From Sphyrna mokarran (lineage: Eukaryota): a stretch of DNA of 64,000 bases. Every line of letters begins with the position of its first letter. Position 1 is the stretch's first letter. Below, one piece after another: positions 25,159 to 39,391 of this stretch. The translations under genes were made by a program, and so were the position numbers. The DNA lies in NCBI GenBank assembly GCA_024679065.1, contig JAGIQG010000015.1:64914001-64978000 (forward strand). Direction: 5' to 3'. The notes beneath the pieces are model-generated. The model saw nothing but the letters and a program-made list of their open reading frames with translations, did no database searches and was not told the origin of the DNA.

Positions 25159-26287
25159 CTGAGATGCATACGACACAAAAGTAACACCCTCCACATCATC
25201 CAGATCTGGACTAACATCACAGAACATTTCGTCCTGTTCTGGAAGCCGTTCAGGGGTGGCCAAAGAAACAGCTGCTTCAGAGACAGAAAGGGGAAGTTTT
25301 GTAGACTGCCGCAGTTTTTTCACTCGAACCCGTCTTTGAGCTCTGGCTGTGAACTGCTGCTTTGATACACGTGGTGACCTGGAACTGGTGCGTGGTTTCG
25401 GTGTTTCCTCAACACTATCGGTTGTGCCATCTGGAGGTCTCCAGATTCCAGAACTGAATGCCTTAGAGGACAAACGTGTTGACTTCGAACAGACAGGCAA
25501 ACTCTCAGTACAAACACCAGAAGCTGTTGTCTTCTCAGTACGTTTGATCTTGCAAAATTCAAAATCTTCTCCTGAGGCCTTTGGAGATGACATACTCTGA
25601 GACGCAATTGAACTATGTGCTGTTGCAGAGGTACTCCTTTTCTTCTCAGTTCTTCCAGACACAGAATCAGAGTCATTCTCTTTGTATTTGGTACATTCTG
25701 GTGATGAATCTACACTTCCTAATTTGGAAGTTTCAGTAGAGCTGGATGAGTGAGTAGGTTTTTCTGCTGAGTTCAGAGAGCCAAGAGCAACAGGTGTCAG
25801 AGATGTCCAATTCCTCCGACAAGGAGACAGTAGGTTTTGCGGAAGTTCAGATATTTTTATGGTACCCTTTGTAACAGTGCATGGTTCCAGGTAAACAACA
25901 GGCATTTTGCCACTTTCTATTCGCAACATTTTGGCTTTGGCTGTCCCTTCAGAGCTGCTTAATGGCCGCTTGGTGACCCCAGTAACAGTTGGATCCACTT
26001 CACTTGCACCATTTTTACCTATAGTTTTATTAACTAGCTCACGATTTGTTCCATCAAGCTGCGGCCTTGACACTGGAGTGCTGTGGCTAGAAGAAGAATC
26101 AAAATAATCCTCCTCTTCCTTGCACTTCAGTCTAGCACCATCAAGGTCCTCTGGGTTTGCTGTATGGTCATAGTCATCATCAGGTGGCTCTTCTTTGATA
26201 ATAATATTAAATGATTCTTCCTGGTCTTCAGATGATGCTGTATTGAATGGATGAGTTGAAAACACATGAGGGAGGTGTTTCAAGATG
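25159..26287 (-). CDS. MGA: MGA exon 3
   Basis: Inside ORF 25030..26283. Acceptor ttatttccag|, donor CAG|GTAAGG. MGA-like motifs IIKEEPPDDDYD, AKAKMLRIESGKMPVVYLEPCTVTK, PDLDDVEGVTFVSY. 1129 nt, phase 2 to 0. Confidence 0.95.
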
Positions 26288-29200
26288 CTGGAAATAAATA
26301 AAGAAAATAATGCTCAAGGACAATTCACACTGAACATACAATATGCTTCAGAATCCAATATATTTAAATCTATAACCCAACATTAACGAGGTGCAGGCAA
26401 TTTCAAATTAGCATAGCATTAATGAATATCAGTACGGTTAATTGGCATCCAAAAATGCTTACTGAAGAATTAGTTTTGATATTTATACTAAACAAATTCT
26501 ATTAGGGAATGTTAAAAGGATGCCATAGAATACTACATGCAGGGAAACCTTTTCTTCTGTTGGGGCAATCAAAAAAGGAGGGAACATTATCTTATAATTG
26601 GAGCTAGGCTATTTAGAATGGCTTCAGGAAGCAGTTCACCCTTCCTCCATAATGGAAGTAGGAAATTTTCTTCTCCAAAGTGCAATGGAACAACTGGAAC
26701 TTAAGGCTGAGATAAAGAGGCTATTGTTTGGTAAGGATATCAAGCAAAATGGAATGAGAGATAAATGGAATGAAGGTACAGATAAGGCATGAACTGAATG
26801 GCAAAGCAGATTCAAGAAGCTGAATAGTCTAACCCAGTTCCAAGAGCAATGTGGTTACAAATTAGATTCCTTTATCTTCATAACATTCACAAATTTTATT
26901 CTTCAAATATTGGGCTGCATTTTACATCAAAAACAATGGTTCTTTCTACAATTCACTAGGTGTCAAAGATTTAACAATTTTTGTAGTATAGTTTTCCTCT
27001 TTTGAAAGTCGGTTTGAATCAGCCTTCAAATCAACAGGATCTTCAGGGGTGCACCAACAGTCATGTCATCAAATAGGATAAGCAGCCAATCACATTTATG
27101 TATTCTCATACACAGCAAACCAGAAAGTATAGACAGTGAAATAAAATGATTGAGCCATGCACAAGTGTGACAATATAGTCTCCATTTGCCTGGATAAGTG
27201 CAGGTTCAACAACATAACACCATCCAAAACAAAACAGCCCACTTTATTGGCATGCCATTCACCACCTTAAACATTCACATCCTCTACCACCACTGGAAGC
27301 TGAATCTACTACATATATTAAGCACTGCAACAAATAACCAAATCTTCTTTGACAGCATCTTCCAAACCCACGACCTCCATCACTTAGAAGAACAAGGGCA
27401 GAAGATGCATAGATACACCACGACCTGCAAGTTCCCCTCCAAGTCACACACCATCCTGACTTGGAACTAAATCCTTATCCTTTACTGTCTATGGGCTTTC
27501 AGAACTCCCTTCCTGATAGCACTGTCAGCACACCCACATCATGTGGGTTGCAGTGGTTCAAGTCAGCCGCTCACTACGATCATCTCAAGAATCATTTGGG
27601 ATGAGCAATAAATACTGGCCTGCCCAGCAATGCCATGTTCCATGAAAGAATGAACAAAAAAAACTAAGCTAAAAATCATTAAATTTAAAATAATTAGGAT
27701 TGTGGAATTTAGTAATTATTAACTTAGTACATTAAAACTTACTTACTGCAACATTTTTTAAGAGTTCTTTCACTAAGACTAAGATTGTAGAGGTGTGCAT
27801 CAGTTCAATTTTTAATTAATTGCATTCAGGGGTACTTCAACAGTGCACCCTCATAACACAAACTTCTATATTTCCATTTTAAACTGTGCATGCACGGACT
27901 CCAGAAGTTACTGTCAGTTCAGAGGACTGAATGCTGACATTGTTGCTAACACTCCTACCATAAAATATGAGCCAATCATTTGATCCCTCAGGACACCTAA
28001 ACTAAATTAGAATAAAACATAAAATATTGAAAATTCAGAACATGGAAGACAAGGACGAGAATTCTCGTTCACCTCACCAGTGCTGCCAGCAAGAATGGAA
28101 AATTTGGCATTCAGCCAAATCTCCATCCAGGAGGACTGGAAAAGTTCAGCCACGAACAAAGTCAGAGAAATCCGGCCAAGATAGAATAACATACTAAAAA
28201 TTCCCACCCTTTCTTTTGAGATACTAACCAAATTTCTATTTTGTCCAGGAATTTTATGCCTTTAGATTCAATTTCCAGCTTTAGTCTTTATGCATATTAG
28301 ATATAAATAAAAATGTTGCATATAGTACACATTTTTCACCACACACCTTATTTCTTGCGTCATACATTTTAGTTAGTGTTCAAAAAGATATATACCGACA
28401 TTTATAATGGGAAGTTTTCTCTATGAAACGTTTATAACACAATATACTTGCAGGCTTTCATCACTAGATGGCAATGAAGCTCAAATAACTCAACGGTCTC
28501 TGCAATTTTGTCTATCTGACATCTTCCTTTTCACACAATTTTCAAAAACAAGATTTGATTTGTTAATTTTTTTACTTCCTAGATCTGATTCCCCTACCCC
28601 ACTTTTCTCCTGTCCTGCCTCTCAAAATCTGCAGCTACATTGCCTCCAAATCTCTTACAATTTACCCCACTGCTCTCCCCATCACAGCCTTTTCTGACCT
28701 TATTTGCCTCTTGCAAGACTCTAGTCCTTTGCGCGGAACTCCCCCGGCTTCCTTGTTCCTTTTCAGCCTTTCAGTATGTATCCCTGCCCCATGCCTTGTC
28801 TTCCTATGTTCTCTATTTCAGCCCAATGTTGTTCCCTTCCCATGGGTTTCTTCAGCCCTGTTAGCTCTAATTTTTTTTCTTGATTATTTATCTTTCGAGC
28901 CCTGCAGCTCATCTATCTACTGTTTCATAAACCACATCTTTAACCTGCCAGCATTCCTTTTTCCGATGCAGTGTATCATGTCAAAATTCAAAATAAGCCA
29001 TGCTCTTTGCTGTTTCCTAGGATTGTAGTGGCAATTCAAAACCTGATTTCAAAAGTCCTATTGCGGAATAAACTATTTGTCGTGTCATAATTAATTTATA
29101 AACAAATTGCTGCTTCCCGGTCTTTTAAGTGTGAGGCTTTATAACATAATTTCGCTTTAAACGACTTTCTTTAACTTAAGGTAAAATGGAATAAAGAAGA

Positions 29201-31949
29201 AAGTAATGTGAATTCTATGAGCTCTGCTTGACAAAAGCCTCTGTGCTGTGGTTACCACGGGGACAGGGACCCAGGTCAGATGTTACTGAAATGCAGATAC
29301 GTGCATTTAACTGAACACAGATTTTTTAAGGAGAAAATTTACTATTTCACACTTTGAACAACAGTGTGTGTGCACGCACAGGCAAAGAGGAGAAAGCCAG
29401 GCAGATGAGAAACAAAATTTGTTGCAGTCTGCAAAGGTAAAAGGCCGTTTTCACAGTTGGCTACAAGGCAGACTGCTCCTGCAAGCTTGTCCACCGGTTG
29501 AAGAGAAAGAACCTTCAGAAATTTACAGTTACTGTATGATTCACTACAGTTTGGCTGGAAGAATGGGCTTTACTGTTGAAAGTTAACTCAGAAACTCTGA
29601 GGGCAAGGACTTTGAGCAGTCACAATGAATCAGTGAAACAATGAGAAGTGAACTCATTTGAAGTGCAGAGTTACTGGTGGAGTAAGAGTTTGCAGAGGGA
29701 CACCTTTGATTTAGGCAGGAACCTATGGAGCGGAGCCCTTAATGCCCCTGAGGCATTAATTAAGGCAGTGGCTGAGAAAAAAGGGATATGGTCCTGGCAT
29801 CAAGCACACAAGAGATAAGAGCAGAAGATGAGTATCCAGCCTGTTGAGACTTCTCTGCCATTCAGCACAATCACGGCTGATCCTGGGGTTTTAGTGCCAC
29901 TCTGCTGCCTGCTCATGTTGGAGCATGCAGTCCTTTGTGATAGATGATTCTGAAGATTCCCAACCCTTTGAGTGCAGAAATTTCTCCACACTTCAATCCT
30001 AATTCATCATCCTCTCATACCTCATTCCCTCCTTCTCCTGCAGTAAAAGGAAGCTCACAATAGCCACAGGATGTCTCAAATGTGCAGAATCAGCATTGAG
30101 AGAGGGTGCCATTGTGGAAGACCATTGGTGAAGGCAAAACTGGAGTCCACGCAGAGCAAGATCCTTTGATGAAGAACATGGTGGATACATCTGCCCTGTG
30201 CCTATTTTGCTGTTTGACCACTATCATTTATTGAGCAGTACTGAGCTGCCAAAGTTCTCATCAACATCTTATTTAAACCTGACAGACAGGGAGGAGGAAA
30301 TTGAAGGCCCAAAGTCATTGCTGACCTCCCTAGCAGGGAGAAACTCCATTGTCACATCATACCTCTGCAGTATCCCTCAGTGCAGATACACTTATCTCAG
30401 TTGGGCCTAAATCAACTTAGAATGGACAGCACTAGATAGTCAGTATGTTACAAAAAAATCAAGAGTCAGACGTTTGCAGTATGGAAACAGGCCCTTCAGC
30501 CCAACTTGTCCACGCCACCCAATTTTTACCAATAAGCTAGTCCCAAGAGTGTGAGACTATCATTGTGGCCCCTGCCCATCAGAGGATGAGGACAGACACA
30601 GACATGCTTCACTAGATAAAGATTCCTTAAGTATCACAAACAAGGGTCTCTCTGGAGCATGAGGTAGATGAGCTCCCCAATGTTGGAGTTTTTGCGGTGT
30701 CATGGAAAGAATCTAGGCAGTGCATGTGCATCACATTGACTCACGGACTTGAGCCCAAGTTCATTCACTAAGAGAAGGCCAATCTCTTAGACATTAAGTG
30801 GATTCTAGAACATTGTGCTAATATGCGCACAAAGTGTAGCGACACTATTCAGCGGCACTTATGGGGCAAAGTTACTCATGGCCTCTTTCTGCACTGTAAT
30901 ATTCTATGATACTATGTGTCCCAGTTCTTGGGCTGTAGTGCCATATAAGGGCTGCGGCAGCTGAAGAGGCTGGTGAGAGCACCACCCCTCAGGGGAAACT
31001 GGCATCATCCTTCACCTTCTTGATTACTGACTCAGGGTCCATCCACACCATTAGAGGAAATGGATGGCAGAGGCAGTGTGTTGCTTCTGTTGAAAAAAAA
31101 ATCAGCATGTTTCTCTGCAGTAAATAATTGTTTTTTTTTCCTCCAGATTCAACCACACTGCCAAAAAAATAATTAAGGGAACATGAATTATGCTGTTACA
31201 GAGATGGATGGGACATAAACATGCTGGCAAAATCTGGCTGCTCAGAAATGAGGGTCTCATCTTTAATAGGCACCCCAACGAAAACTGCAGGAAACCTCTC
31301 CCACACCATCACTGAGGCCTCAGGGCATGCTGCTGCCCCCGCCCCATGCTCTCAATTGGAGCAATTAGCATGGTGCTAACCTGGCAGGGCCACATTCCTC
31401 TCCCCCTGAAGACCCTCATAACAGGTTGATGTCTATGTGAACTACACAGACATGATGATACTTCAGCACACTGTCAATATCTGGCGAGGCGGTCAAGATA
31501 CAAGCAGGAGAGGGTGGGGACACAGCAGGAATGGATTAATAAGACGCATGCTACATTTTTCCCACACTTCAAAGATGTGAAGGTTAGGTTGATTGATCAT
31601 GCTAAATTGACCACTAGAGTCAGTGGGGTTACAGGGATAGGGCCTGGATGGGATTGTTGTTGGTACATGCTTGATGGACTGAATGGCGTTCTTCTGCACT
31701 GTAGGGATGCTATGAAGAGATTTTTTGCAATTGTCTTGAGTTCTGCATTTGCCATCATTAATATAGCTTCTATCCAAAATAAATTAGGCTGAGTTCAAAA
31801 GCTGCATCCAGATACAGAGCAGCAAAGTTTAATCAATTGTTAATGATGTAACAATCCATAGTGAGAATAAAATAAGGGAGACAAACTTCAATGGGATGCC
31901 TCTGATATGCCTGTCAATCTTTGATTCCAGGTTAACTGCAACTGGACAA

Positions 31950-33660
31950 TGGACTGCCTCTAAAAGAGAATATGGTTTGGGTACAATTAAAGCACATCAG
32001 CAAATAAATCCATAACTCCCTGGATGATGAAAGAGGTGGAGAGTAAATCAAAGAAAAGATTAAATAGAACAAACATTAGGTGGAAAATACAATTGAGAAC
32101 CATCCTCAACATAGAAGGTACAGAAGAAAATTGAGAAAACAAAATTAAAGAAATAGAGATTTTGAGAAGAGACTAGCAGTGAATCCAAATATTCTATAGG
32201 CACTTAAACAGTAAAAGTAGTAAAGGGGAGTACTGAGGCTGATCAAGGAACTAAAAGGGAATTTAGTTTTACCGAGGGCATGCCTGAAGAAGTGAATGAG
32301 TATTTTGTATCTGACCTCATTAAGATGAAGGTCATACAACACCAGGTTACAGTCCAATAACTCTTAGCCTATAACCTAGTGTTGTGTGACCTCTCATCTT
32401 GTCACCTTAACCCAACATGGGCACGTCCACATCACGACCTCATTAAGGTAGAGGATGTTGCTCATGTCATACTAAAAGGGGATAGTTGAAACATGTGATG
32501 CATTTAAAACTGATTCGGAGAAAGTATTACTCAGGCTGGCTATACTTAAATTTGACAGGTCACTTGGGCCAGATGATATGAGGGTTGAAACACCACAGGT
32601 CCTGGCCATACTTTTCCAATCCACCTTGATCTCTAGTCAAATGTTCTACCATTGAGCTATACCCTGTCCCAGATAGAGAGGGCTTAGATAGAATGGTGGT
32701 GCCAAAGGACTAGAAAATTGTAAATGATATACAAGCGTATTCTACAGACAACTACAGTAACTACAGATAAGTCAGTTTAACCTCAGTGGTAGGGAAATTT
32801 TTAGAAACAGAATTAATGTGTTGCCTCAATAAATGTTGGTTAATTAAAGAAAACCAGCATAGTTCTGTTAAGGGCAAGTTGATTAACTAACTTGATTAAG
32901 TTTTTGATGAAGTAACAGAAAGGATTGATGAGGCTCCTGCAGCTGATGTTGTGTACATGAACTTCCAAAAGGAATTTGATAAAAATGTTACTAACTTGTG
33001 AGTAAACTTAGTAGAAAACAAAAGTGGCAATATGATCAAAACTGGCTGAGTAATTGGAAAGAGTAGTGATAAGTGGCTGTCTTTCAGAGTGGAGAAAAGT
33101 TTATAGAGATGATTGTTAGGATTCTTGTTCCTCTTTATATATACTAATAATCTAGACTTTGGTGTACTGTGTCTCGTCTGGGCACATGGTTTAGGAAGCA
33201 TGTAAGGGCATTATACAGGGTGCAGAAAAGAATCATTAGAATGGTATAAAGGATAAGAAATTCCAGTTACATAGATTGGTAAAACAAGCTGGGACTGCTC
33301 CCCTTGAAGAGAAGATTGCGAAAAATGGGTAAATTTGAGACATGACTTAGAGGTATCAAATCATGAAGTCAGGGTAGAGTCGATCAAAAAACTGTTTCCA
33401 TTGCTGGAAAGATCAAGAATCAGAGGTCACTGATTGAAGATATCTGGCTAAAGACATGATTTTTTTTTAATACAGTGAGTGGTTAGGGTCTAGAACACAT
33501 TACCTGGGAGTGGGTGAAGCCAGATTTCATTATGGTTTTCAAAAAAGAATTAAATTATTACTTAAAGAGGAACATATTGCAAGATTACATGGAAAAGGTC
33601 AGGGAGTGGAATTAGGTGAATTGGTCTTGCAGTGAACTGGTACAGATGCATCAGTTCAAA
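31950..33660 (+). mobile_element. Highly decayed CR1 LINE ORF2 and 3' remnants
   Basis: Remnants GATGTTGTGTACATGAACTTCCAAAAGGAATTTGATAA (D.VY..F.K.FDK) and CR1 3' motifs. Confidence 0.6.
32313..32447. mobile_element. Shorter, oppositely oriented member of the same fold-back family, 12-bp TSD GACCTCATTAAG
   Basis: ACAACACCAGGTTA ... TAACCTAGTGTTGT inverted pair. TSD at 32313-32324 and 32436-32447. Confidence 0.65.
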
Positions 33661-34689
33661 TGACCTACAACAGAATGACACACAACAATCACATTTGCAG
33701 TAGGTTTCTGCAACTTAAAGGACTTTGGTACAGAATTGATGAGATAATGGGTGAGCTTCAGATACTGATATGCATCAGGGAGGGAAATAGTTACCTGCAC
33801 ATGTTTGATCTTGGAGGCAGTTAAGAACTTTGGAGGAGAGCACTATATGGCTCATTCAACCTGCTCCGCCATTCAATGCAATCATTCCTGACCTCAGCCT
33901 CAAGTCTATTTTCCCACCCATTCCTTATATCCCTTAATTCTGACAGACCAACAAATTTCTGTCAGTTTTTAACACATTCAACAATAGAGCATCCACAATC
34001 CTCTGGGGTAGAAAATTCCAGGTTCACAATCCCTTGAGTGAAGTAATTTTTCCTCATCTTAGTCCTAAATGATCAGTCCCTTACCTCGAGACTGTGCCTC
34101 TGTTTTTGATTTCACCAACCAGCGTAAGCAATCTCTCACTGTCTACCCTATCAAGTCCCTTTAGAATTTTGTAGGTTTCAATGAGATCACATTCTTCTAA
34201 ACTCCGGAAAATGTAAGCCCAGTGTACTTAACCTCTCTTTATAGAACAATCCCTCCATAATAGAGAATAATTTAGGGAATGTCCTTTTATGTTAAATCCT
34301 ACAGATTTGTCCATGTTAAGGGACAGAGAGGTGTGATTATAAGTGGGTTTGTGATTTTTGTCCTTTGCAAAGAAGTGAGTGCACCACTGAGTTCAGGACC
34401 CTTTCAAGTTGCATTTCATCAACTGTAAAATGGCAGAAATTGAGTGGTAAATATGGGAGAACATAATTACAACAAAAAGAGTTCTCATAATATACAGGAG
34501 TTGTAATAGGTGAGAACATGAAACAGAAGTATTTGAAAATTGAACTACACAAAAAAGGCTTCAATAAAATTCATCCTGAACTGATTGGCTATCAATTACA
34601 ATAACATGCACTTGTATAACATGTTTAATAAAATAAAACATGGTCAGACATGACTTGCAAATTACTTTTCAAAATCGGAATGTGTGCTA

Positions 34690-35385
34690 TACTTTGCAGC
34701 ATTTATTATCCATCCTTGGTTGGCCTGAGGGCTGTAAGAATCAACCATTAGTGTGAAACGAGGCCACATGCAGGAGACACCTGCTTGCAAATGGCAAATT
34801 CTCTCCCGCAAGAACATAGTAACCCAGCGAGGTTTCCAAAGCATTCTGATGTTTTTATTTGGTGTCAGTCAGGAGGAAAGGAACAAGGGGTAGAGGAATA
34901 ACAATGGGAAACTTTTGAGAAGGCTTTTGAAACAAAGGAGAGGATAATAAGGCTTTAGGAGAGTGTTGAGTGCAAAACTGATGTAGTTGAAGGATTTGTG
35001 GCTTAAAATAGAGTAGTGAAGTTGAGCAAAAGTGAAGGAGAGCAGAGTTGGAACAGCAGATAACACATGTAAAGAAAACAGATTGAATGAAGTTATAATT
35101 GTAGGGAAGAGTGAAGGCATGGAGTTCAGGCAAAAGATTCTGAAATCAATAGGAAAATGAAGTAATGAAAGTTGACGTGTATTGGAGTTAACTGGGAATA
35201 GGACTGAAAATAAGATAGAATGATGGTTGCAGAGTTTTGATCGATAAAGGGAAGCTTTGCAATAATCAGAACTGTAGGCAAGGTACAGGTAAACTGCAGT
35301 GCAGTGAAAAAGAAGCAGCAACATTGTGGGGATGGAATAAGATGATACTGCTGGTGCAAAGAATGTAGGGATTGAGAATTAGTTC
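34690..35385 (-). mobile_element. Decayed L2-like LINE fragment
   Basis: Purine-rich plus strand typical of antisense L2 ORF2; remnant LNTLLKP..PL. Confidence 0.4.
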
Positions 35386-37469
35386 CACATCAAATAGGAC
35401 ATGGAGATACTGTACCACCTGAAGGAAAGTCAGATGCTGTTGTGCAGTTTTAGGTGGAAGCCTCTTGTTTTGTCAATGTTAATATGAAGATATTCCTTAT
35501 AATTCAAAATTTGATACTGTCCAAGCAGCTGAACAGCAGTGTAAAAAGTAGTACCAATGATAAATTAGCACACATGATGCCTGAGTAATGAAGCTAAGGG
35601 GCAGCAATCACATCAAGCCCCGAGAATAGAAAATTTCATGGATTCACAATCTGCCGAATGAAGAAATTTCTTATCTAGTCCCAAATGATTGGTCTAAACT
35701 TTATTCAGAGCCCATATTCTGGATTCCCCAACCAGGAGAAACAACCTTTCAATGCCTATGCTTAAGTTTCCTTTGTTATTCTTTCATGGGATGTGGGTGT
35801 CACTGGCAAGTTGCCTATCCCCAATTGCTCTTGAACTGAATGGCCATTGCAAGAGTGCATGCAAGAGTAAAACAGATTACAGGTTTTGTAAATGTTCATG
35901 TTTAAAGTGGTGTGCTCATACAGGAGATAGAAGGTTAGTATGCAGGTAAGGCAAGCAGTTAGGAAAGCCAATCACACGTTGGCTATTATTTCACCTTTTA
36001 AAGTTATATTCTGCTTTTCAATTCCTACTACCAAATGAATAACTTCACTCTTCCCATAAAGTGCAAGGTCTAGAAGACAGGAGAAATTAAATGATAAGAG
36101 CCAGTGGTGTAGGGCCAAAGGGATCACATTATTTTGTTATGGGACAAGTAAAGAAATCAAGATATTTCCTGGAGGTGTGAACAGTAGAATAATGAACAAT
36201 TGCCATCTGAAAACAAAAAACAAGAGTGCAACTGAAACCTGCAAAGAAAAATGAAATCAAATGAAAGCAGATGTTACAGTCTGAAAGGGCTGAACTCAAT
36301 ATTGCACCCGGAAGCTATCAAGTGCCTCGTTGAAAGAAAAGCTGCTATTCCTCGAGCTTACACTGAATTTCCCTAAAATACTGCAAAAAGCTGACAACCA
36401 AAAGATCAGCATGAGAGCAAGGTAGAAAGCTAAATGACAAGCAAACAGAAGCTAAGGGAGAAGCTTAGAACAGCCTATGCTTCTTGGAATGCACTAACTG
36501 GCATGAAAGTTTAGAAGAAGAAATGAACAGATATGATTGCAGGCTCAGAGTGCATTTATGATGATGGAAAAACTGTCACCATATCATAATTATTCAAACA
36601 GGCGGCATCTTTCAGGGCCCATATGTGCAATTCAACATGGAACTCGATGCTGCCATCAATGATTTCCTGCTGTTCCACAGGGTGCACTGACTCAGTAATC
36701 ACAAATGCAGTCATCACAGAATCATTGAGTTGATATGAATGTTTTGTGTGTCATTCTCATAAATATCATTGAAAATATTAAACCTTGTTGAAAAAGATGT
36801 AACTGAATTTTTAAACAGCAAACCCAGCCATAATTACTGAATAATTTGAGCCCAAAAACCTAACTTTATCCATGTACAGTGTCATTCTCTTTGTTCCACG
36901 TTAAAATTCTATGAGTTTTAAAACAGTTTACGTTTAGTACTTCATTTTTCACTTTAACCCCTGCGCATATGTCCGAATCTTCATTCTGCTTTGCATGAAA
37001 TCATTAAAAAGTACATCATTATCTGTGATTTTTACTTCCTGGTTTACTGCGTGTGTAGGAGTCCTTCAATTCGATTGGCTGCTCAGCCTACTTGATTGAA
37101 CATAAACACTGGAATAGGGTACATTAACCTCAAGGGAAGACAGTGGTGTAGTGGTATTGTCGCTCACCTAGTAATTCAGAAACCCAGGGACCCAGATTCG
37201 AATACCACCATGGCAGACAGTGAAATTTGAATGCAATAAAATTAGAAATCTAATGATGACCATAAAACATTAGTGAAATCAGATGGGTTTTTCCAACAAT
37301 GTCCTTCAGGGAAGGAAATCTGCCGTCGCTACCTAGTCTAGCTTACATGTGACTCCAGGTGCACAGTTGACTCTTAAATCCCTCAGGGATAGGCAATAAA
37401 TGCTAGCCCAGCCAGCAACATCCATATGAATGAATAAAAGAAAAATTCCACAAAATCTTTCATAGACTC

Positions 37470-37808
37470 ATAGAATTCCTAAAGTGCAGGAAGAGGCCAT
37501 TTGGTCCATCGAATCTGCACCAATCACAATCCCTCCCAGGTCCTACTCCCTTATCCCTACATATTTACCCTCTAATCCTTCTAACCTACGCATCTCAGGA
37601 CACTAAGGGGGCAATTTTTTGCATGGATGATCAATCTAACCTGCACATCTTTGGACTGTGGGAGGAAACCGGAACACCCAGAGGAAACCCGCGCAGATAT
37701 GACGAGAATGTGCAAACTCCACACATTCAGTGACTCAAGGTGGGAATTGAACCCAGGTCCCTGGAGCTGTGAATCAGCAGTTTTAGCCACTGTGCTACCA
37801 TGCTGCCC
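37470..37808 (-). mobile_element. HE1/V-SINE-like SINE
   Basis: Same core as 9646-9953; ends GCCACTGTGCTACCATGCTGCCC. Confidence 0.85.
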
Positions 37809-38224
37809 AAATATAGGCAACTTTCTTAGAGGTCAGTAAATGCCAACATGCCTTCATCTCTGACTGTAAAATCTGGTCTATTCCCTTAAATCAGTAAACT
37901 AGATCCACAAGTGAACAAAGCCAGATGTATTCCAATGTGCAGTTTTCTGATTTAAGGTTACAGAAAGGAGAATTATACTCTCAGAATGTGAAGTTGCTAA
38001 TAAATCAACAAAATACTGAAAGCAGAAACATGGGAACACTTGAAGAATTTGCACGTGGAATGCATGGGTGAAATGTGAAGACATCTAGACTATCAGAAGA
38101 TTTTTGGAACAATAGTAGAGCCATATTTTCTTTCAAGGAAAGAAGTTGCTTTTATATTTAAAGCAGCAAGAACTTATGTATACTAAGTGAAAAGAGATGG
38201 CTTTGGTGAAGAAAAATTTTCAAT

Positions 38225-39391
38225 TTGCACATGGGGACTAACTTCTTCTGCAGTCTTTTGGTGCATTAAGCCCTGCCCACTGGCTTATGCAGTGTGAATC
38301 TGACATGCTCAAACTTTTGCAGGCAGAATGAATATGAGGGGACTAAAAATGGGCCTAAAAGTCAGATCTGAAACTTTTCAAGTTTCAAGTCTGCCCAGCA
38401 CTTAGAATGAAAATGGTAAAAAATGCCCCCTAAATATTTGACCTTGTCAATTGGAATCGATGCCCTTTCCACAGATATAGTCATTTTTATGGATATTCCA
38501 CAACACCAGGTGATAAAGGATAGTACTGGAGCAAGATCTGTAGGGATAACACAAATCAAGAAGTGATTATGTGGGGAAGTACAGTGAGGACAAGAATCAA
38601 GAAAAAAGGGAAAGGGGCATGGAGAATTTGCAAGCAAAGTTGAAATCACCAAGGGTAAGAATGCAGAGTAGGATGTTTCCAGAAGGCTTAAAGGGCAATC
38701 AAATTAATACTGCAATGTACTGAAGTAGCAAAAATTTAAGGCAGTGAACTCTGGCCAAACTGTTACAACCAACTTAAAAGCACCACTGAATCCAAGCACT
38801 TATTGCCTTATTCATTAAGACGAAGTCAAAACATTCAGCAAAAGTATACCAGTTACTTTAGGTATCTGCCATGTAATGCTGAGAAGATCCTCCACATTGT
38901 ACATCAATTGTGTTTAATTACATGCAGGTGGAGGGTATTATTTGGAGTTTCATTTCAGCACACATATACAAAAAAAATTAAAATGATACTTATTGAAACT
39001 GTGGGTGGTTGCATTTGAAGATGTAGGATTAAAATGTTTCACTTTGTAAATGGGTAAGACTGAGTAAAGAACGGCTCCAGTGCTATCCTTTATCGCCTGG
39101 TATTGTGGAATACCCATAAAAATGACTACATCTGTGGCAAGGGCATTAATTTTTGATGACAGATTCTAATTGGCAAGGTCAAACATTTAGGGGGCATTTT
39201 TACCATTTTCATTCCAAGTACCAGGCAGACTTCAAACTGGGAAAGTTTCAGATCCGATTTTTAGGCCCGTTTTTAGTCCCCCCATATGCATTCTGCCTGC
39301 AAAAGTTTGAGCACATCAGATTCACGCTGCATAAGCCAGTAGGTAGGGCTTAATGCACCAAAAGACTGCAGAAGTTAGTCCTCATGTGCAA
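38225..39391. repeat. Local inverted duplication of ~310 bp (38225-38532 and 39074-39391)
   Basis: CTGCAGTCTTTTGGTGCATTAAGCCCT vs AGGGCTTAATGCACCAAAAGACTGCAG. The ORF track shows near-identical peptides FYHFHSK..ADxKLxKFQI on opposite strands. Confidence 0.92.

Noticed and set aside
28461-28474. CTCF-like motif TCACTAGATGGCAA
   Set aside because: Single imperfect match that cannot be supported without a PWM score or ChIP data.
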